Made by a program: the position numbers and the translations under genes
In this document: piece by piece, positions 39,935 to 50,817 of the stretch
Layout: each line of letters begins with the position of its first letter
Position numbering within the stretch: position 1 is the first letter of the stretch
Assembly (NCBI GenBank): GCA_965214095.1
Contig: OZ243938.1
Span: forward strand, 4,384,001 to 4,448,000
Length of the DNA stretch: 64,000 nt
Source of the DNA: Candidatus Poribacteria bacterium
GTDB lineage: Bacteria > Poribacteria > WGA-4E > WGA-3G
Reading direction: 5' to 3'
The notes under the pieces: model-generated
The model's input: only the letters and a program-made list of their open reading frames with translations
Told to the model about the DNA's origin: nothing
The model's database searches: none

Positions 39935-41788
39935 ATGTCTAATCATCAATACAAGAACGAAATTTTAATTATGCTAAATACAAACCAAATATCGCAATGG
40001 TCTCTACCAAAAGGTGCAAAAGCACGTTTAGGCAAAGGTGGTATTGGAAGAATCAGGTTTTCTCCTGATGGTACACAGTTTGCAACACTCGCACCTATAG
40101 GTATATGGATATATGATACCAATACCTATAAGGAAATTGCATTTCTAAGTTCTAGACACAGTAATGGTTCAACACAGTTACCGTCTTCTTGGTCTGGAAC
40201 CACGCTTGTCACAATATACGATGACGAATCAATTTTACTATGGAATGCTCACTCAAATGTACGTCGGATCATCACCTCAAAACATTCAGAAGATGTCTTT
40301 GGGTTCGCAGTTTCTCCAGATGATACAACACTTGTCACTATTGGTTGGGATAAAAAAACAAGTTATTGGGACAGACAGACTGGACGTTTCCTCTTTTCTG
40401 TTCTACATTCGGACCCCATTTATACACTTGCTTTTTCTCCAGATGGCAATGTCGTTGCTACGGGTGGTGATAACATGACTATAAATTTATGGAACGCTAA
40501 AAACGGTACACATATAAGCACATTTGGCGAGGGTGATGAACCTATTGAGGGGTTAGCATACTCTCCAAACGGTATCCTTATAGCAAGTCGTAGTTCTGAT
40601 GAATCTGTGAGTTTGTGGGATGTCAAGACTGGTGAAAAGCAAGTAACTCTTGCCACAGAACTTGGCAATGTCAATGAAATGTTCTTAGATTTTTCTCCTG
40701 ATGGCACGCTCATTGCATGCGGTAGTGGTGATAATATCGTGAGAATATGGAACGCTGATACAGGAAACGAACATGCAAGATTCACAGGACATACTGACGA
40801 TGTACATTTGATTACATTTTCACCAGACAGAAGAACACTTGCAAGTGCAAGTGAAGATGGCACTATCCGTTTCTGGGACCTGATAACAGGAAATGAAATA
40901 GGTATTATCACAGGACATACTTCATGGATAGGTTCTGTGGCATTTTCACCTGATAGTTGTTATCTTGCAGCTGGCACATGCGAAAGTATACCAAAAGTGT
41001 GGGATCTGAATACTTATGAACTTTCTTCTACGTATGAAAGTCATCACAATTCAATTGATAGAGTGCTTTTTTCACCAGATGGAACAACACTTGCCACTGC
41101 AAGTAGAGACGAAAGAATAGTTTTATGGGACTTGGAGTCAGGCAGTCAGAGAACAATCCTACAAGGACATTCATCAATGATTCGCACATTGGCATTCGCA
41201 CCAAATGGAACAACGCTCGCAAGTGGAAGTGATGATGAAACCATCAGATTGTGGGATATAGACACAGGTAAACAGTTGTCACTTTTGAAGGGGCATACAA
41301 ATTGGATTGGCACTGTCACTATTTCACCGGACGGTAGAACGCTTGTCAGTTCCAGTGCTGACGGCACAATTCGCTTATGGAATGCAATCACAGGACATCC
41401 GCTCACTGTGCTAAGAGATCATGATACTATCGTTGAAACAGTAGTTTTTTCACCAGACAATACCATTCTCATCAGCGGGAGTTCAGATAAAACGATCAGG
41501 TTTTGGGATATTGATACGTATCAAGTTTTTTCAACTATCCAAGTACCTTGCCATGTCTATGTGTTATCTGTTTCACCTGATGGAAGGATGCTTGCAAGTT
41601 CTGGTGAGGATGGAAATATATCGTTGTGGGATATACATACCAAATCAGAAATGGCATTGCTTACAGGACATATATTTGATGTAGACGACTTAGAATTCAG
41701 TCCTGATGGCAGAACACTTGCAAGTGGTGGAACAGATGGCACAGTAATCCTATGGGATATAGATACCATCGTGAATGTCCGATACTAA
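39935..41788 (+). CDS. WD40-repeat protein (about 14 blades, no signal peptide)
   Basis: QWSLPKGAKARLGKG N-cap; regular GH...FSPDG.TLAS.S.D.TIRLWD repeats. Confidence 0.92.
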   Translation: MSNHQYKNEILIMLNTNQISQWSLPKGAKARLGKGGIGRIRFSPDGTQFATLAPIGIWIYDTNTYKEIAFLSSRHSNGSTQLPSSWSGTTLVTIYDDESILLWNAHSNVRRIITSKHSEDVFGFAVSPDDTTLVTIGWDKKTSYWDRQTGRFLFSVLHSDPIYTLAFSPDGNVVATGGDNMTINLWNAKNGTHISTFGEGDEPIEGLAYSPNGILIASRSSDESVSLWDVKTGEKQVTLATELGNVNEMFLDFSPDGTLIACGSGDNIVRIWNADTGNEHARFTGHTDDVHLITFSPDRRTLASASEDGTIRFWDLITGNEIGIITGHTSWIGSVAFSPDSCYLAAGTCESIPKVWDLNTYELSSTYESHHNSIDRVLFSPDGTTLATASRDERIVLWDLESGSQRTILQGHSSMIRTLAFAPNGTTLASGSDDETIRLWDIDTGKQLSLLKGHTNWIGTVTISPDGRTLVSSSADGTIRLWNAITGHPLTVLRDHDTIVETVVFSPDNTILISGSSDKTIRFWDIDTYQVFSTIQVPCHVYVLSVSPDGRMLASSGEDGNISLWDIHTKSEMALLTGHIFDVDDLEFSPDGRTLASGGTDGTVILWDIDTIVNVRY

Positions 41789-41810
41789 AGCAACAAAGGA
41801 GTTTTTCACT

Positions 41811-43823
41811 ATGTCAAATTACTTTCCTTATCAGATTGATCACGGCAGTACAGATCCAAGCACATGGAACTTACCAGAAGGTGCAATTACACGGATAGGA
41901 CGAGGTGGGATACAGGATACAGCATTCTCACCCGACGGAAAACTCCTAACAATTGCAACATATCTCGGTCTATGGTGGTATGATGTGGAAAAACGTGAAC
42001 TCATAACATTATGGGAGCAGGGGAATGGAGTTGCATCTGTTTCATTTTCTCCATGCGGTGAATGGATCGCAATAAGCTACTATGGACATATCAAAATATG
42101 TGAAGTAACTACCGGTGAATGTATAATGGAAATACCCCGCGAAGAACGTGTCCCCCCATCAACACAAATTGTCTTTTCTTCTAATCGTGAGTATCTCGCA
42201 GTTGGTGGCTACAGTAGACACGCAAATCCTGAAAACAAACTCTACTGTTGTACAGAAATCTGGGAACTTCCGAAAAATGTTCATGAAATAGGAACAACTG
42301 ATTTGCCTAAATGCATAGGAAAATATGTGGGTACGAATCCGCTTGCATTTTCACCTGACAACCGTCTATTAGCTTTCGCTTCTCCTGATGGAACCCCCGA
42401 ACCTTACAACAGAGATGGATTTCCAATGATTGAAGAAAAAGGGACTGTGTTGTCTTCAAACACAGTCGTTGTGTTTGATATTGCAACAGGTAAACATCTC
42501 TCAACACTTAGTGGCATAGAAAACATTGCTACAATATGCTTCTCGCCAGACAGAAAACAACTTGCTGCATGTGATTGGAATGGTCAAACACAAGTTTGGA
42601 ACATTCCCAACACATCTTCAAATGATCAACACGAATGGAAACTACACACTACATATCAGAAACCAAATGAAGAGGGTTTGCAATCAATAAGTTATACACC
42701 AGATAATAGATTATTCTCTACTTTTTATCACTTCAAGGATAATACTGCTTCAGTGAATGATTTAGAAGAAGGGGAAACACTTTATAGACACCAGAATGAA
42801 TCAGGATTCTTCAATACTGACTTTTCAAGTAGGGTCCATCTTGCTTTTGAGAGTGAACATAATTTCCACTATTGGAAATTAGGTGAAAACCGAGCTGTCA
42901 GTCTGGAACATTCGTCAGGAGTGTGGCCAAGTTCTCTTCAGTTTTCATTAGATGGCAAGACTTTATTTGCTAAGTCAGGTTTGGGTGTCTTGAGTTATGA
43001 TATCACAACTCCAAACCTACCTTCAAAGATTTTCAAACCAAAACAAAAAAGGAAACATGATCCTGATAGTTACGGTGAACGGTATACTTCTGTTGTTATT
43101 TCCTCAGAGGAGAAATACTATGTCACCTCTGGTGAAAAAAATAGTGTGCGTCTGTGGGAAATTGGTAATTATACACCGATTGTTTCATTTCCAATAGAAT
43201 CTGAGTTGTCAGATGTTATCTTCTCACCGATTACAAACTTACTTGCATGCCATGACGAAGATAATAGAATCTATATCTGGGATATAACAACAAATGAAAT
43301 CTATGACACCTTTACAGTTGAATCGCCTGAGGACATTAAATATATCTCTTTCAGTTCAGATGGTAAATACCTTATCTGTCATTATGGACAAATATATGAT
43401 GTGTCTGAACGTAAACTTTTGGATAGGTATACGTATGATGACAGCATCAACTATCAAGCGTTTTCCTCGGAGTCCAACCAAATCTGGTGTGATTGGAATA
43501 ACGACACTATAGACTTATGGGATTTCCTGAAAGATGAAGAAGTCCTGTCTATTCCAAAGCCAGAATGGTGGGATCGTAAACATTTAGTGTCTCTTACGGT
43601 ATCTTCATGTGGTAAGTATCTTGCGTGCAGTCCAGATACATGGAATTGCAATGACAATCTTTGCGTTTGGGATATAACAAAGGAGAAAGAACCGATTGCT
43701 AAATTTACGACACAAGATAGTCCAAGATGTCTCAGCTTTTCACATGATAACACGCTTTTAGTTGGTTGTTATGAGGATGGTTCTATCCTGCTGTGGGATA
43801 TGAAACCATACCTTAATCAATAA
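41811..43823 (+). CDS. divergent WD40-repeat protein (no signal peptide)
   Basis: TWNLPEGAITRIGRG N-cap; degenerate FSP.G repeats; start re-called after AAAGGAG. Confidence 0.85.
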   Translation: MSNYFPYQIDHGSTDPSTWNLPEGAITRIGRGGIQDTAFSPDGKLLTIATYLGLWWYDVEKRELITLWEQGNGVASVSFSPCGEWIAISYYGHIKICEVTTGECIMEIPREERVPPSTQIVFSSNREYLAVGGYSRHANPENKLYCCTEIWELPKNVHEIGTTDLPKCIGKYVGTNPLAFSPDNRLLAFASPDGTPEPYNRDGFPMIEEKGTVLSSNTVVVFDIATGKHLSTLSGIENIATICFSPDRKQLAACDWNGQTQVWNIPNTSSNDQHEWKLHTTYQKPNEEGLQSISYTPDNRLFSTFYHFKDNTASVNDLEEGETLYRHQNESGFFNTDFSSRVHLAFESEHNFHYWKLGENRAVSLEHSSGVWPSSLQFSLDGKTLFAKSGLGVLSYDITTPNLPSKIFKPKQKRKHDPDSYGERYTSVVISSEEKYYVTSGEKNSVRLWEIGNYTPIVSFPIESELSDVIFSPITNLLACHDEDNRIYIWDITTNEIYDTFTVESPEDIKYISFSSDGKYLICHYGQIYDVSERKLLDRYTYDDSINYQAFSSESNQIWCDWNNDTIDLWDFLKDEEVLSIPKPEWWDRKHLVSLTVSSCGKYLACSPDTWNCNDNLCVWDITKEKEPIAKFTTQDSPRCLSFSHDNTLLVGCYEDGSILLWDMKPYLNQ

Positions 43824-43985
43824 CATGTGTTTGCTATAAACTCAATGAAGTTTAAGAGGACCACTGGGTAATTCTATGGTCACAAAGAACGGTAGGTGCA
43901 GTGTCCTAAACAATTCAGCATACTTCTTACACTACAGTTCAAATCGGAACATCAACCAGAAAATTTGTTTTACTTTGGAGATATT

Positions 43986-45884
43986 ATGCTTAAAATCCCT
44001 TTTATACTTAATCTCATTTTATTGAGCATCCTTATTTTGAATACATGTGATGCACAAGATGCTATGCAGTGGAATCTACCTGAAGGTGCAATAGCACGCC
44101 TCGGTAAAGGAAAAATAAATGAGATACAATATTCTCCTGACGGGAAAATACTCGCTGTAGCAACCAGAATCGGTCTTTGGTTATACGATACAACAACGTA
44201 TCAAGAAATCAGTCTTCTAACAGACCATAAAAGTTCGGTCACTAATATTATATTCAATCCAAACGGTAACACCTTAGCAAGTGCCGGAAAAGACAACTCC
44301 ATCCTTCTATGGGATATACACACTGGCACACAAATTAGGTTATTTGCACATACGGGTAGATTTGCACAGAACATCTTGAGATTTAGCAATGATGGAAAGG
44401 TTATTGCAAGCGGTGAAAAGGATACTATCATCTCATGGAATGCTATAACAGGTGAACATAAGGATACTATTAATGGATTACCAGAATATATCGCAGATTT
44501 CTCATTCAGTCCGTTAGGCAGAATCATTGTTAGTGTAACTTCTGACGGTGTAGTATGTATTTCAGATGCAGCTAACGGTGATAAAATAAAATCATTCACT
44601 GTGGAAATGAAAGAAGGTGTATTTTGCGTTGGATTCAGTCCGGATGGTAAATATGTAGCAATCGGTGGTCGAGACGGTATTATCTATCTCGCAGATATAT
44701 TTAAGGGTGAACTGATACGAAAACTCACTGGACATAACTTTGACATACAACGTCTTGTCTTTAGTCCAGATGGAAATACACTTATAAGTTCATGCTATGT
44801 TGATGAAACAGTCCGTATATGGAATCCACATACAGGTGAACTAATACGGACTATTACTGAACACACAGGTGATCTATGGGGTTTAGACTACAGTCCTGAT
44901 GGAAATACATTCGCAAGTAGTGGAAGTGGAGATGCAACAATCCGTTTCTGGGACACCAAAACTGGAAAACAGAAACATCAGATCACAGGACACTCGGATT
45001 TTGTGAGTAGTATGACTTTGCATCCAAATGGAAAATATATCGCATGTGGTTATGATGATGGTTCCATCCGTTATTGGAATATAAATACCAAGCAACATGT
45101 CAAGACTTTTGATAGGTATATAAATACTATCTCAGAATTAGTTTTCACTCTTGATGGAAAAACAATAATTGCAGGAGTTGATCAAGGTCTCCGTATTTAT
45201 GATGCTAATACTGGAAGACAGATGTTCCACATGACAGAACATGAAGGATTAACCCATAGCATTGCACTCAGTCCCGATGGAAAGACCATTGCAAGTGGAA
45301 GTGAAGATATGACAATCCGCCTATGGGATATACACACAGGAAAACTAAACAACGTACTCAAAGGGCATAAACACAGAGTATATAGTCTTGTCTACACACC
45401 TGATGGAAAAATTCTTATCAGTGGCAGTGAAGACAATACGATTCGTCTATGGGATGTTATTGGGGGTAAGAACACAAAGACTTACACTGCACACACCGAT
45501 GCTTCAGAACTTCATCAGGGAAATCCATTGAGTTTTGAAGGGGTAAAGAGCCTTGCATTGAGTCCTGATGGAAAAACCCTGTCAAGTGGCGGTGGTGACA
45601 AGAACATACACCTGTGGGACTTTGAAACGGGTGTTAAAAAGATTACATTTAAAGGCCATTTATATCCTGTATACACTTTAGCTTTTAGTCATGACGGTAA
45701 TCTTCTCGCAAGCGGAAGTTCAGACGGGGATATCAGAATATGGGATACACAGACAGGTGAGTTGAAAAAATTACTAACGGGACATACTGCAAGGGTGAAG
45801 AGTTTATTGTTCAATCATGACGGTAAAACTCTGTTTAGTGCAAGCGACGATGGCACCGTCCTCTTGTGGGGAATAATACCATAG
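43986..45884 (+). CDS. secreted WD40-repeat protein
   Basis: Start re-called at ATG 43986 (GGAG); signal peptide ending CDA-QD; QWNLPEGAIARLGKG; about 14 repeats. Confidence 0.92.
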   Translation: MLKIPFILNLILLSILILNTCDAQDAMQWNLPEGAIARLGKGKINEIQYSPDGKILAVATRIGLWLYDTTTYQEISLLTDHKSSVTNIIFNPNGNTLASAGKDNSILLWDIHTGTQIRLFAHTGRFAQNILRFSNDGKVIASGEKDTIISWNAITGEHKDTINGLPEYIADFSFSPLGRIIVSVTSDGVVCISDAANGDKIKSFTVEMKEGVFCVGFSPDGKYVAIGGRDGIIYLADIFKGELIRKLTGHNFDIQRLVFSPDGNTLISSCYVDETVRIWNPHTGELIRTITEHTGDLWGLDYSPDGNTFASSGSGDATIRFWDTKTGKQKHQITGHSDFVSSMTLHPNGKYIACGYDDGSIRYWNINTKQHVKTFDRYINTISELVFTLDGKTIIAGVDQGLRIYDANTGRQMFHMTEHEGLTHSIALSPDGKTIASGSEDMTIRLWDIHTGKLNNVLKGHKHRVYSLVYTPDGKILISGSEDNTIRLWDVIGGKNTKTYTAHTDASELHQGNPLSFEGVKSLALSPDGKTLSSGGGDKNIHLWDFETGVKKITFKGHLYPVYTLAFSHDGNLLASGSSDGDIRIWDTQTGELKKLLTGHTARVKSLLFNHDGKTLFSASDDGTVLLWGIIP

Positions 45885-46013
45885 GACTTGATCTTTTGTC
45901 AGTGGTCATTACAAAAAAACGGAAGATCGAGAAATTCAACAAAATTTTGAATACACTTATATCTTCCACGAATGAATATGTTCCGACCAATTTCACGAAA
46001 ATTATTACACACA

Positions 46014-46041
46014 TGCAACCTTCCTTCCCTTAAAACGCGTC
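46014..46041 (+). promoter_or_regulatory. ECF-type promoter (possible autoregulation)
   Basis: TGCAACC (-35) ... CGTC (-10), 40 nt upstream of the ECF sigma gene. Confidence 0.55.
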
Positions 46042-46080
46042 ACCTATTATTGTAAGTGTAAATTATTTTGGAGTTTTCTG

Positions 46081-48555
46081 ATGGAAAGAGACGACACAGA
46101 ACTAATTAGCAGCATTTTATCAGGTGACGAGACTGCTTTCAATCTATTGGTAAGAAAATACCAGAAAAGTGTCCAGGCACTTGCATGGAGAATAACCGGT
46201 GATTACCATATCGCTGAAGAAATAACACAAGATACATTTCTTCATGCCTTCAAAAAACTCTCAACCTTGAATGAACCTAAACAGTTCTCTGGGTGGCTCC
46301 ATGTCTCTGCTAAACGTCAATGTCTTGCATGGTTGAGAAAAAAGAAAATGGACATGCAATCGTTGGATTCTGTCCCTGAAATAGCATTGGAGAAAGCTGC
46401 CTATGCAAATTATATTGCTGATCTCAGAGAAGAAGAATATAACGAATATCTCCGAGAAATAGTTGATGATCTGCTACAAGAACTACCTAATAAGGAACGC
46501 ACAGTTGTGATCCTTCACTACATTGAAGAAATGACATGCGAAGCAATTGGCAAGCATCTAAGTATATCACCAAACACTGTCAAAAGCAGATTAAGTCGCG
46601 CTCGGAATCGTCTTAGGATTGTAGATTTTCATCTGAAACCGATCAAACATAAGCGGACACATGACAGTTCTCTTCAAGACACAAATAGGATGAGTCAACA
46701 AAAAGGAATTGCAACAATGAAAGACAATTTAGAACATAATCCTATGCAAGGGTTCTCACCGAGAAATGCTAAAGCACAACTTGGGAAAGGTAGGATACAC
46801 AGAATAACATATTCACCTGATGGAAAATCACTTGCTGTCGCAAGTGGTATAGGTATATGGATATATGATATTCTTACTAATCAAGTAATAACATTGTTTA
46901 GAGTTAATGATCATGAAGTCAATTACGTTGCATATAGTCCTGATGGACATTACATTACAGGAGGATATGACGATGGTAAAGTCTGGATTCTGAATACAGA
47001 AACTGGTGAACCTTTCCCTTTAACATTTGATGACCATACAGATATTGTATGGAAAATAGCGTATAGTCCCGATGGAAAAACAATCGCAACGGATAGTCGC
47101 GATGGAACTACACGATTTTGGGATGTTTCATCAATAAATCTTAAGCAGTCTAACACAATAATTAACATTAAGCATACTATTACAAAAGAATCTTTTCATG
47201 CAAATGAGGTATCATTCACATCTGATGGTAAGGAAGTGGTATGTGTAAGTTGGAAAGATAAAATTAGTATATTGAATACCGAAAAGTATGAGCCAATAAT
47301 GACGTCCAACTTACATCCTGATTGTGAAACCACCAGTACTGCGTTTAGTCCAACTCAAGAAATAATCGCTGTAGGTAGTGACAATGGAAAGATATATCTC
47401 TATGATAGAATAACTAATGAACTGATAATAACACTTACTGCTCATAAAGAACATGTTGATGTCTTAACTTTTAGTCCGGATGGCAAAACACTTGCATCTG
47501 CATCACTTTATGAAAAATCCATCAAACTGTGGGATACACACACTGCAAATCACATAAAGACATTCAAAGGACACGAATCCTATATACGAGGATTAGCGTT
47601 CAGTCCTGATGGAGAAACACTAACAAGTGGCAGCGGGGATGGCACCATCCGAAACTGGGATATTCAATCAGGTGACAATATAATAAAATATACCGGATAT
47701 TCAGAATATGTTATGAGTATTGCCTACAATCCAAATGGAAATCAAATCGCAAGTAAAACAAGTGATCACGCGATCCGTTTATGGGATACAAGAAGATGTA
47801 AGAACATTGAAACATACTATCAGTTCCAAGATACTGCATTCGGTATCACATTCAATTCTGATGGAAATCTTCTCGTTGCGAGTGCAGCTGACAACGGTAT
47901 CAAACTCTTGATTGTAAACACAGGTGAACACAAAATAATACCAACTGGACAATCTGAAATCTATGAAGATATTTCGTTCAGTCCTGATGGCAATACACTT
48001 GTGAGTAAAGACACTGATAACAATATCGGATTATGGGATGTCCAAACATGTGAAGAAAAGAAAGTGCAATTAGGTCCGGATAATTGTGTAAGAGGTATCG
48101 CATTTCACCCAGACGGGAAAACTATAGCGACTCGAAATCTTGGAAACTCCATACAACTCTGGGATGTTGACACAGGTGAAAACTTAAAGACCTTCTTGGC
48201 ACATTCTGGAGGCGTTGACTGTATCGAATTTAGTCCAGATGAGAAGACATTAGCAAGTGCTGGAAATGATGGCATCATCAAACTGTGGGATACTAACACC
48301 AACAAATCCATAATGGAACTTACCGGTCATACAGATATGACCATTTGCTTAGCATTTAGTCCTGATGGAAAAACACTTGCAAGCGGTAGAGAGGATGGTT
48401 CCATTAATTTATGGGATACTGAAAATGGTAAGCGCAAGAAGATACTTTATGGTCATTCAATTAAGGTGAATAGTATGAAATTCAGTACGGATGGAAAAAC
48501 GCTTGCAAGTGGTAGTGCTGATGGTGCCGTCATCTTATGGGAAATAAGCTCATAG
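46081..48555 (+). CDS. ECF sigma factor fused to a WD40 double propeller
   Basis: Sigma region 2 (GD..AF..LV.KYQ...AEEITQDTF...FSGWL) and region 4 (L.Y.EEMT..AI...L.IS.NTVKSRL.RAR), followed by about 14 WD40 repeats; no TM helix evident. Confidence 0.9.
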   Translation: MERDDTELISSILSGDETAFNLLVRKYQKSVQALAWRITGDYHIAEEITQDTFLHAFKKLSTLNEPKQFSGWLHVSAKRQCLAWLRKKKMDMQSLDSVPEIALEKAAYANYIADLREEEYNEYLREIVDDLLQELPNKERTVVILHYIEEMTCEAIGKHLSISPNTVKSRLSRARNRLRIVDFHLKPIKHKRTHDSSLQDTNRMSQQKGIATMKDNLEHNPMQGFSPRNAKAQLGKGRIHRITYSPDGKSLAVASGIGIWIYDILTNQVITLFRVNDHEVNYVAYSPDGHYITGGYDDGKVWILNTETGEPFPLTFDDHTDIVWKIAYSPDGKTIATDSRDGTTRFWDVSSINLKQSNTIINIKHTITKESFHANEVSFTSDGKEVVCVSWKDKISILNTEKYEPIMTSNLHPDCETTSTAFSPTQEIIAVGSDNGKIYLYDRITNELIITLTAHKEHVDVLTFSPDGKTLASASLYEKSIKLWDTHTANHIKTFKGHESYIRGLAFSPDGETLTSGSGDGTIRNWDIQSGDNIIKYTGYSEYVMSIAYNPNGNQIASKTSDHAIRLWDTRRCKNIETYYQFQDTAFGITFNSDGNLLVASAADNGIKLLIVNTGEHKIIPTGQSEIYEDISFSPDGNTLVSKDTDNNIGLWDVQTCEEKKVQLGPDNCVRGIAFHPDGKTIATRNLGNSIQLWDVDTGENLKTFLAHSGGVDCIEFSPDEKTLASAGNDGIIKLWDTNTNKSIMELTGHTDMTICLAFSPDGKTLASGREDGSINLWDTENGKRKKILYGHSIKVNSMKFSTDGKTLASGSADGAVILWEISS

Positions 48556-48602
48556 ATACTTCACAACAATTCATCACCTGAGCACCGTGTTCCTACGCAA
48601 TA

Positions 48603-48800
48603 TTAACGATGAGGACAACCCGGCCAACAACAAGGTCTACGTTTACCCTCTATCAATTCAGCATGTGTTCGTTCAATCCGTTTCATTTTCGTCTCTGGTT
48701 TCTTAGCAGATGTAACCCAGCAAATCCATTCATTACGCGCAAGAGGTGTCAGGTCATTCCATTCCTCTTGCACAACTAATATAATCTTACCTTGACACAA
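48603..48800 (-). pseudogene. YdeI/OmpD-associated (OmdA) domain fragment, probably 5'-truncated
   Basis: W..LTPLARNEWICWV.SAKK.ET...RI......L..GKRRPCCW; poor start context. Confidence 0.6.
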
Positions 48801-48903
48801 TAATCATTGACATGTTAGTCTATAGATAGAGTCATCAAGACGAAAAATAATATCCTCCACAAAGATTTATCTCATATCATCTTTCAATAAGCGACAATTC
48901 GTT

Positions 48904-50817
48904 ATGAAAAAGCTCAACATTAATTTAATACTCATACTCATCCTATTCCAATTTTCATTGTCCAGTAGCATGGCTCAAGATTATATCCGATGGCAATTGC
49001 CACAAGGGGCAGTTGCACGTTTAGGAAAAGGAAAACTCTATGATATAAAATACATACCAGATAGCAATCTCATTGCAGTCTCTACATCCATCGGTGTTTG
49101 GTTATACGACACAGACACAGGTGCAGAAACTGCACTCATCGCGGGGCACACAGATAGCATTGAGTGCATTGCAATTAGTTCTGATGGAAAGTTAATGGCG
49201 ACAGGCAGCAATGACAACACCATAAAGATATGGGACATAGAGACACGAAAACGAAAATCAACACTCATCAGACATATAGATGATGTCCGTTCAGTCGCAT
49301 TCAGTCCAGATGGAAAGACGCTCGCAAGCACAAGTGAAGATGCAACCGTATGCCTATGGGACATCCAAACTGCACAACTTATAAAGACCTTATCAGGACA
49401 CACACGTTGGGGAAGAGCACTTGCATTCAGTCCAGATGGCACTATCCTCGCAAGTGGTAATAACGATGCAACCATACAACTCTGGGATGCCAACACCTAT
49501 CAACTTCTAAGAATTTTATCGGGGCATGAACGCGCTGTAACCTCGCTTGTATTCAGTCCAGACAGCAAAACTATCGTCACGGGATGTGATGATGGCACCG
49601 TTGGAATATGGGATACAAACTCCGGTTTGAACAAACACATAATCGCAGGACATTCATGGTATGTCGTATCCGTTGCGATGTCTCCCGATGGCAAGTCATT
49701 CGCAAGTGCCAGCAAGTCATTCGCAAGTGCCAGTTGGGACAATAATATCCACCGATGGGACATCAACACAGGTGAACAGTTGAGAACACTTACTGGACAC
49801 ACAAATCATGTTGTTTCTGTAACATATTCTCCAAATGGAAGTACCATCGCAAGTGGAAGCTATGATGGAACTGTACGTTTCTGGCATGCTCGTACAGGAC
49901 GAGAGAAAATGATGCTTGTCGGACATAATCGAGATGTCAAATCTGTTGCTTTTTCTCCCGATGGCAAAACCATCGTAAGTGCTAATTCAGGAAGCACTAT
50001 AGATCTTTGGAACACACAAACAGGCTCATATAAGAATACACTGTTCGGTCACACACAAACGGTCTTTAGTGTCGCATACTCACCTGATGGAAAAACCATC
50101 GCAAGTGGTAGCCAAGACAACACAGTCCGTTTATGGAACGCACAAACTGGTCAACTTGTGAAGACACTCCGTGAACATTTGAACGTCGTGGCATCGGTCG
50201 CATTTTCTCCCGATGGAACGAAGCTTGCAAGCGGAAGTTATGACTTAACGACACGGATATGGGACCTCCAATCAGGTGAAACCTTACATACACTGGAATC
50301 TCATAAAGAAAAAGTCCGAGCTGTCGCATTTTCTCCAAATGGAAAAACTCTTGTCACAGGTGCAGGTGATAACAAAATTATATTTTGGGATCCAAATACT
50401 GGTAAACACAAGAAACCCTCTTCTCCTAATCTAATAGTTAGAAACCAACATAATCAACATACCAATGAAATAACAGGACTTACATTCAGTCCAGATGGGA
50501 GAATCTTGGTCACATCAAGTGATGATAGAAGAATCGGTTTGTGGAATGCACGCACAGGACAAAATACACGGTTGTTATCTGGGCATGCATGGTATGTACT
50601 TTCTGTAGCATATTCACCATTGGATGATATAGTTGCAAGCTGCAGTTGGGATAAGAAAATTCGTTTGTGGGATGCAATAGCTGGAATACCCAAACCAGGT
50701 TTCGCGGGACATACAGGTTATATCTTATCTGTAGCATTTTCTCCAGATGGAAAAACACTTGCAAGTGGTAGTGCAGATGGAACCGTCCTTCTGTGGGACG
50801 TGTCAAATTTACGATGA
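48904..50817 (+). CDS. secreted WD40-repeat protein
   Basis: Signal peptide ending SMA-QD; RWQLPQGAVARLGKG; highly regular repeats. Confidence 0.92.
   Translation: MKKLNINLILILILFQFSLSSSMAQDYIRWQLPQGAVARLGKGKLYDIKYIPDSNLIAVSTSIGVWLYDTDTGAETALIAGHTDSIECIAISSDGKLMATGSNDNTIKIWDIETRKRKSTLIRHIDDVRSVAFSPDGKTLASTSEDATVCLWDIQTAQLIKTLSGHTRWGRALAFSPDGTILASGNNDATIQLWDANTYQLLRILSGHERAVTSLVFSPDSKTIVTGCDDGTVGIWDTNSGLNKHIIAGHSWYVVSVAMSPDGKSFASASKSFASASWDNNIHRWDINTGEQLRTLTGHTNHVVSVTYSPNGSTIASGSYDGTVRFWHARTGREKMMLVGHNRDVKSVAFSPDGKTIVSANSGSTIDLWNTQTGSYKNTLFGHTQTVFSVAYSPDGKTIASGSQDNTVRLWNAQTGQLVKTLREHLNVVASVAFSPDGTKLASGSYDLTTRIWDLQSGETLHTLESHKEKVRAVAFSPNGKTLVTGAGDNKIIFWDPNTGKHKKPSSPNLIVRNQHNQHTNEITGLTFSPDGRILVTSSDDRRIGLWNARTGQNTRLLSGHAWYVLSVAYSPLDDIVASCSWDKKIRLWDAIAGIPKPGFAGHTGYILSVAFSPDGKTLASGSADGTVLLWDVSNLR
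49691..49732 (+). repeat. 21-bp in-frame tandem duplication (KSFASAS x2)
   Basis: gcaagtcattcgcaagtgcca twice in tandem. Confidence 0.95.
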
